DNA of 64,000 nt from Leucoraja ocellata (Eukaryota), in contig JAWMAR010000711.1 of assembly GCA_036785375.1 (NCBI GenBank), positions 682,001-746,000 of the forward strand. The letters run 5' to 3'. The notes beneath the pieces are model-generated. The model was given only the letters and a program-made list of their open reading frames with translations. It was not told where the DNA came from and searched no databases. The position numbers and the translations under genes were made by a program. This document shows, piece by piece, positions 63,740-64,000 of this stretch; positions within the stretch are counted from its first letter, which is position 1; each line of letters begins with the position of its first letter.

Positions 63740-64000
63740 CAGTTCAGAACCAGGGGTCACAATTTAAGAATAAGGGATAGGCCAGTTAGGACTGAGATGA
63801 GGACAAACTTTCTTCACCCGGAGAGTTGGGAATCTGTGGAATTCCCTGCCGCAGAAGGCAGTGGAGGCCAATTCACTGGATGTTTTCAAGAGAGAGTTAC
63901 ATTTTGCTCATGGGGCTAGCGAAATCAAGGGATATGGGGGAACAACAGGAAAGAGGTACTGGTATTAGATGAATAGCCATGATCATATTGAATGGCAGTG
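63740..64000 (+). mobile_element. CR1 LINE 3' end
   Basis: RTRGHNLRIRDRPVRTEMR; agccatgatcatattgaatggc. Confidence 0.85.

Overview
Vertebrate intronic DNA, most likely a skate or ray: the repeat set (V-domain HE1-type SINEs, CR1, Rex/Babar, RTE, Penelope, DeuSINE) is typical of cartilaginous fish; the taxon is an inference. The window lies inside TANC2 on the minus strand, with three N-terminal coding exons (61229-61047, 27078-26968, 3611-3463) separated by introns of about 34 kb and 23 kb. Nearly all other ORFs in the track are transposon fragments or noise. The most striking signal is two unrelated short retroelements (46921-47055 and 53399-53566). Both start at an HDV/CPEB3-like ribozyme fold, continue into a stem-loop, end in a (GAA)n tail and are flanked by target-site duplications, suggesting ribozyme-headed, promoter-less SINE-like elements probably mobilised by RTE LINEs. 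Also present: Penelope terminal fragments with minimal hammerhead cores (several as palindromes), a 5'-inverted RTE insertion, hAT and Harbinger/Kolobok-like MITEs, a Gypsy integrase plus LTR remnant, and two candidate unannotated TANC2 exons. Boundaries of degraded repeats are approximate and all family calls were made by eye.
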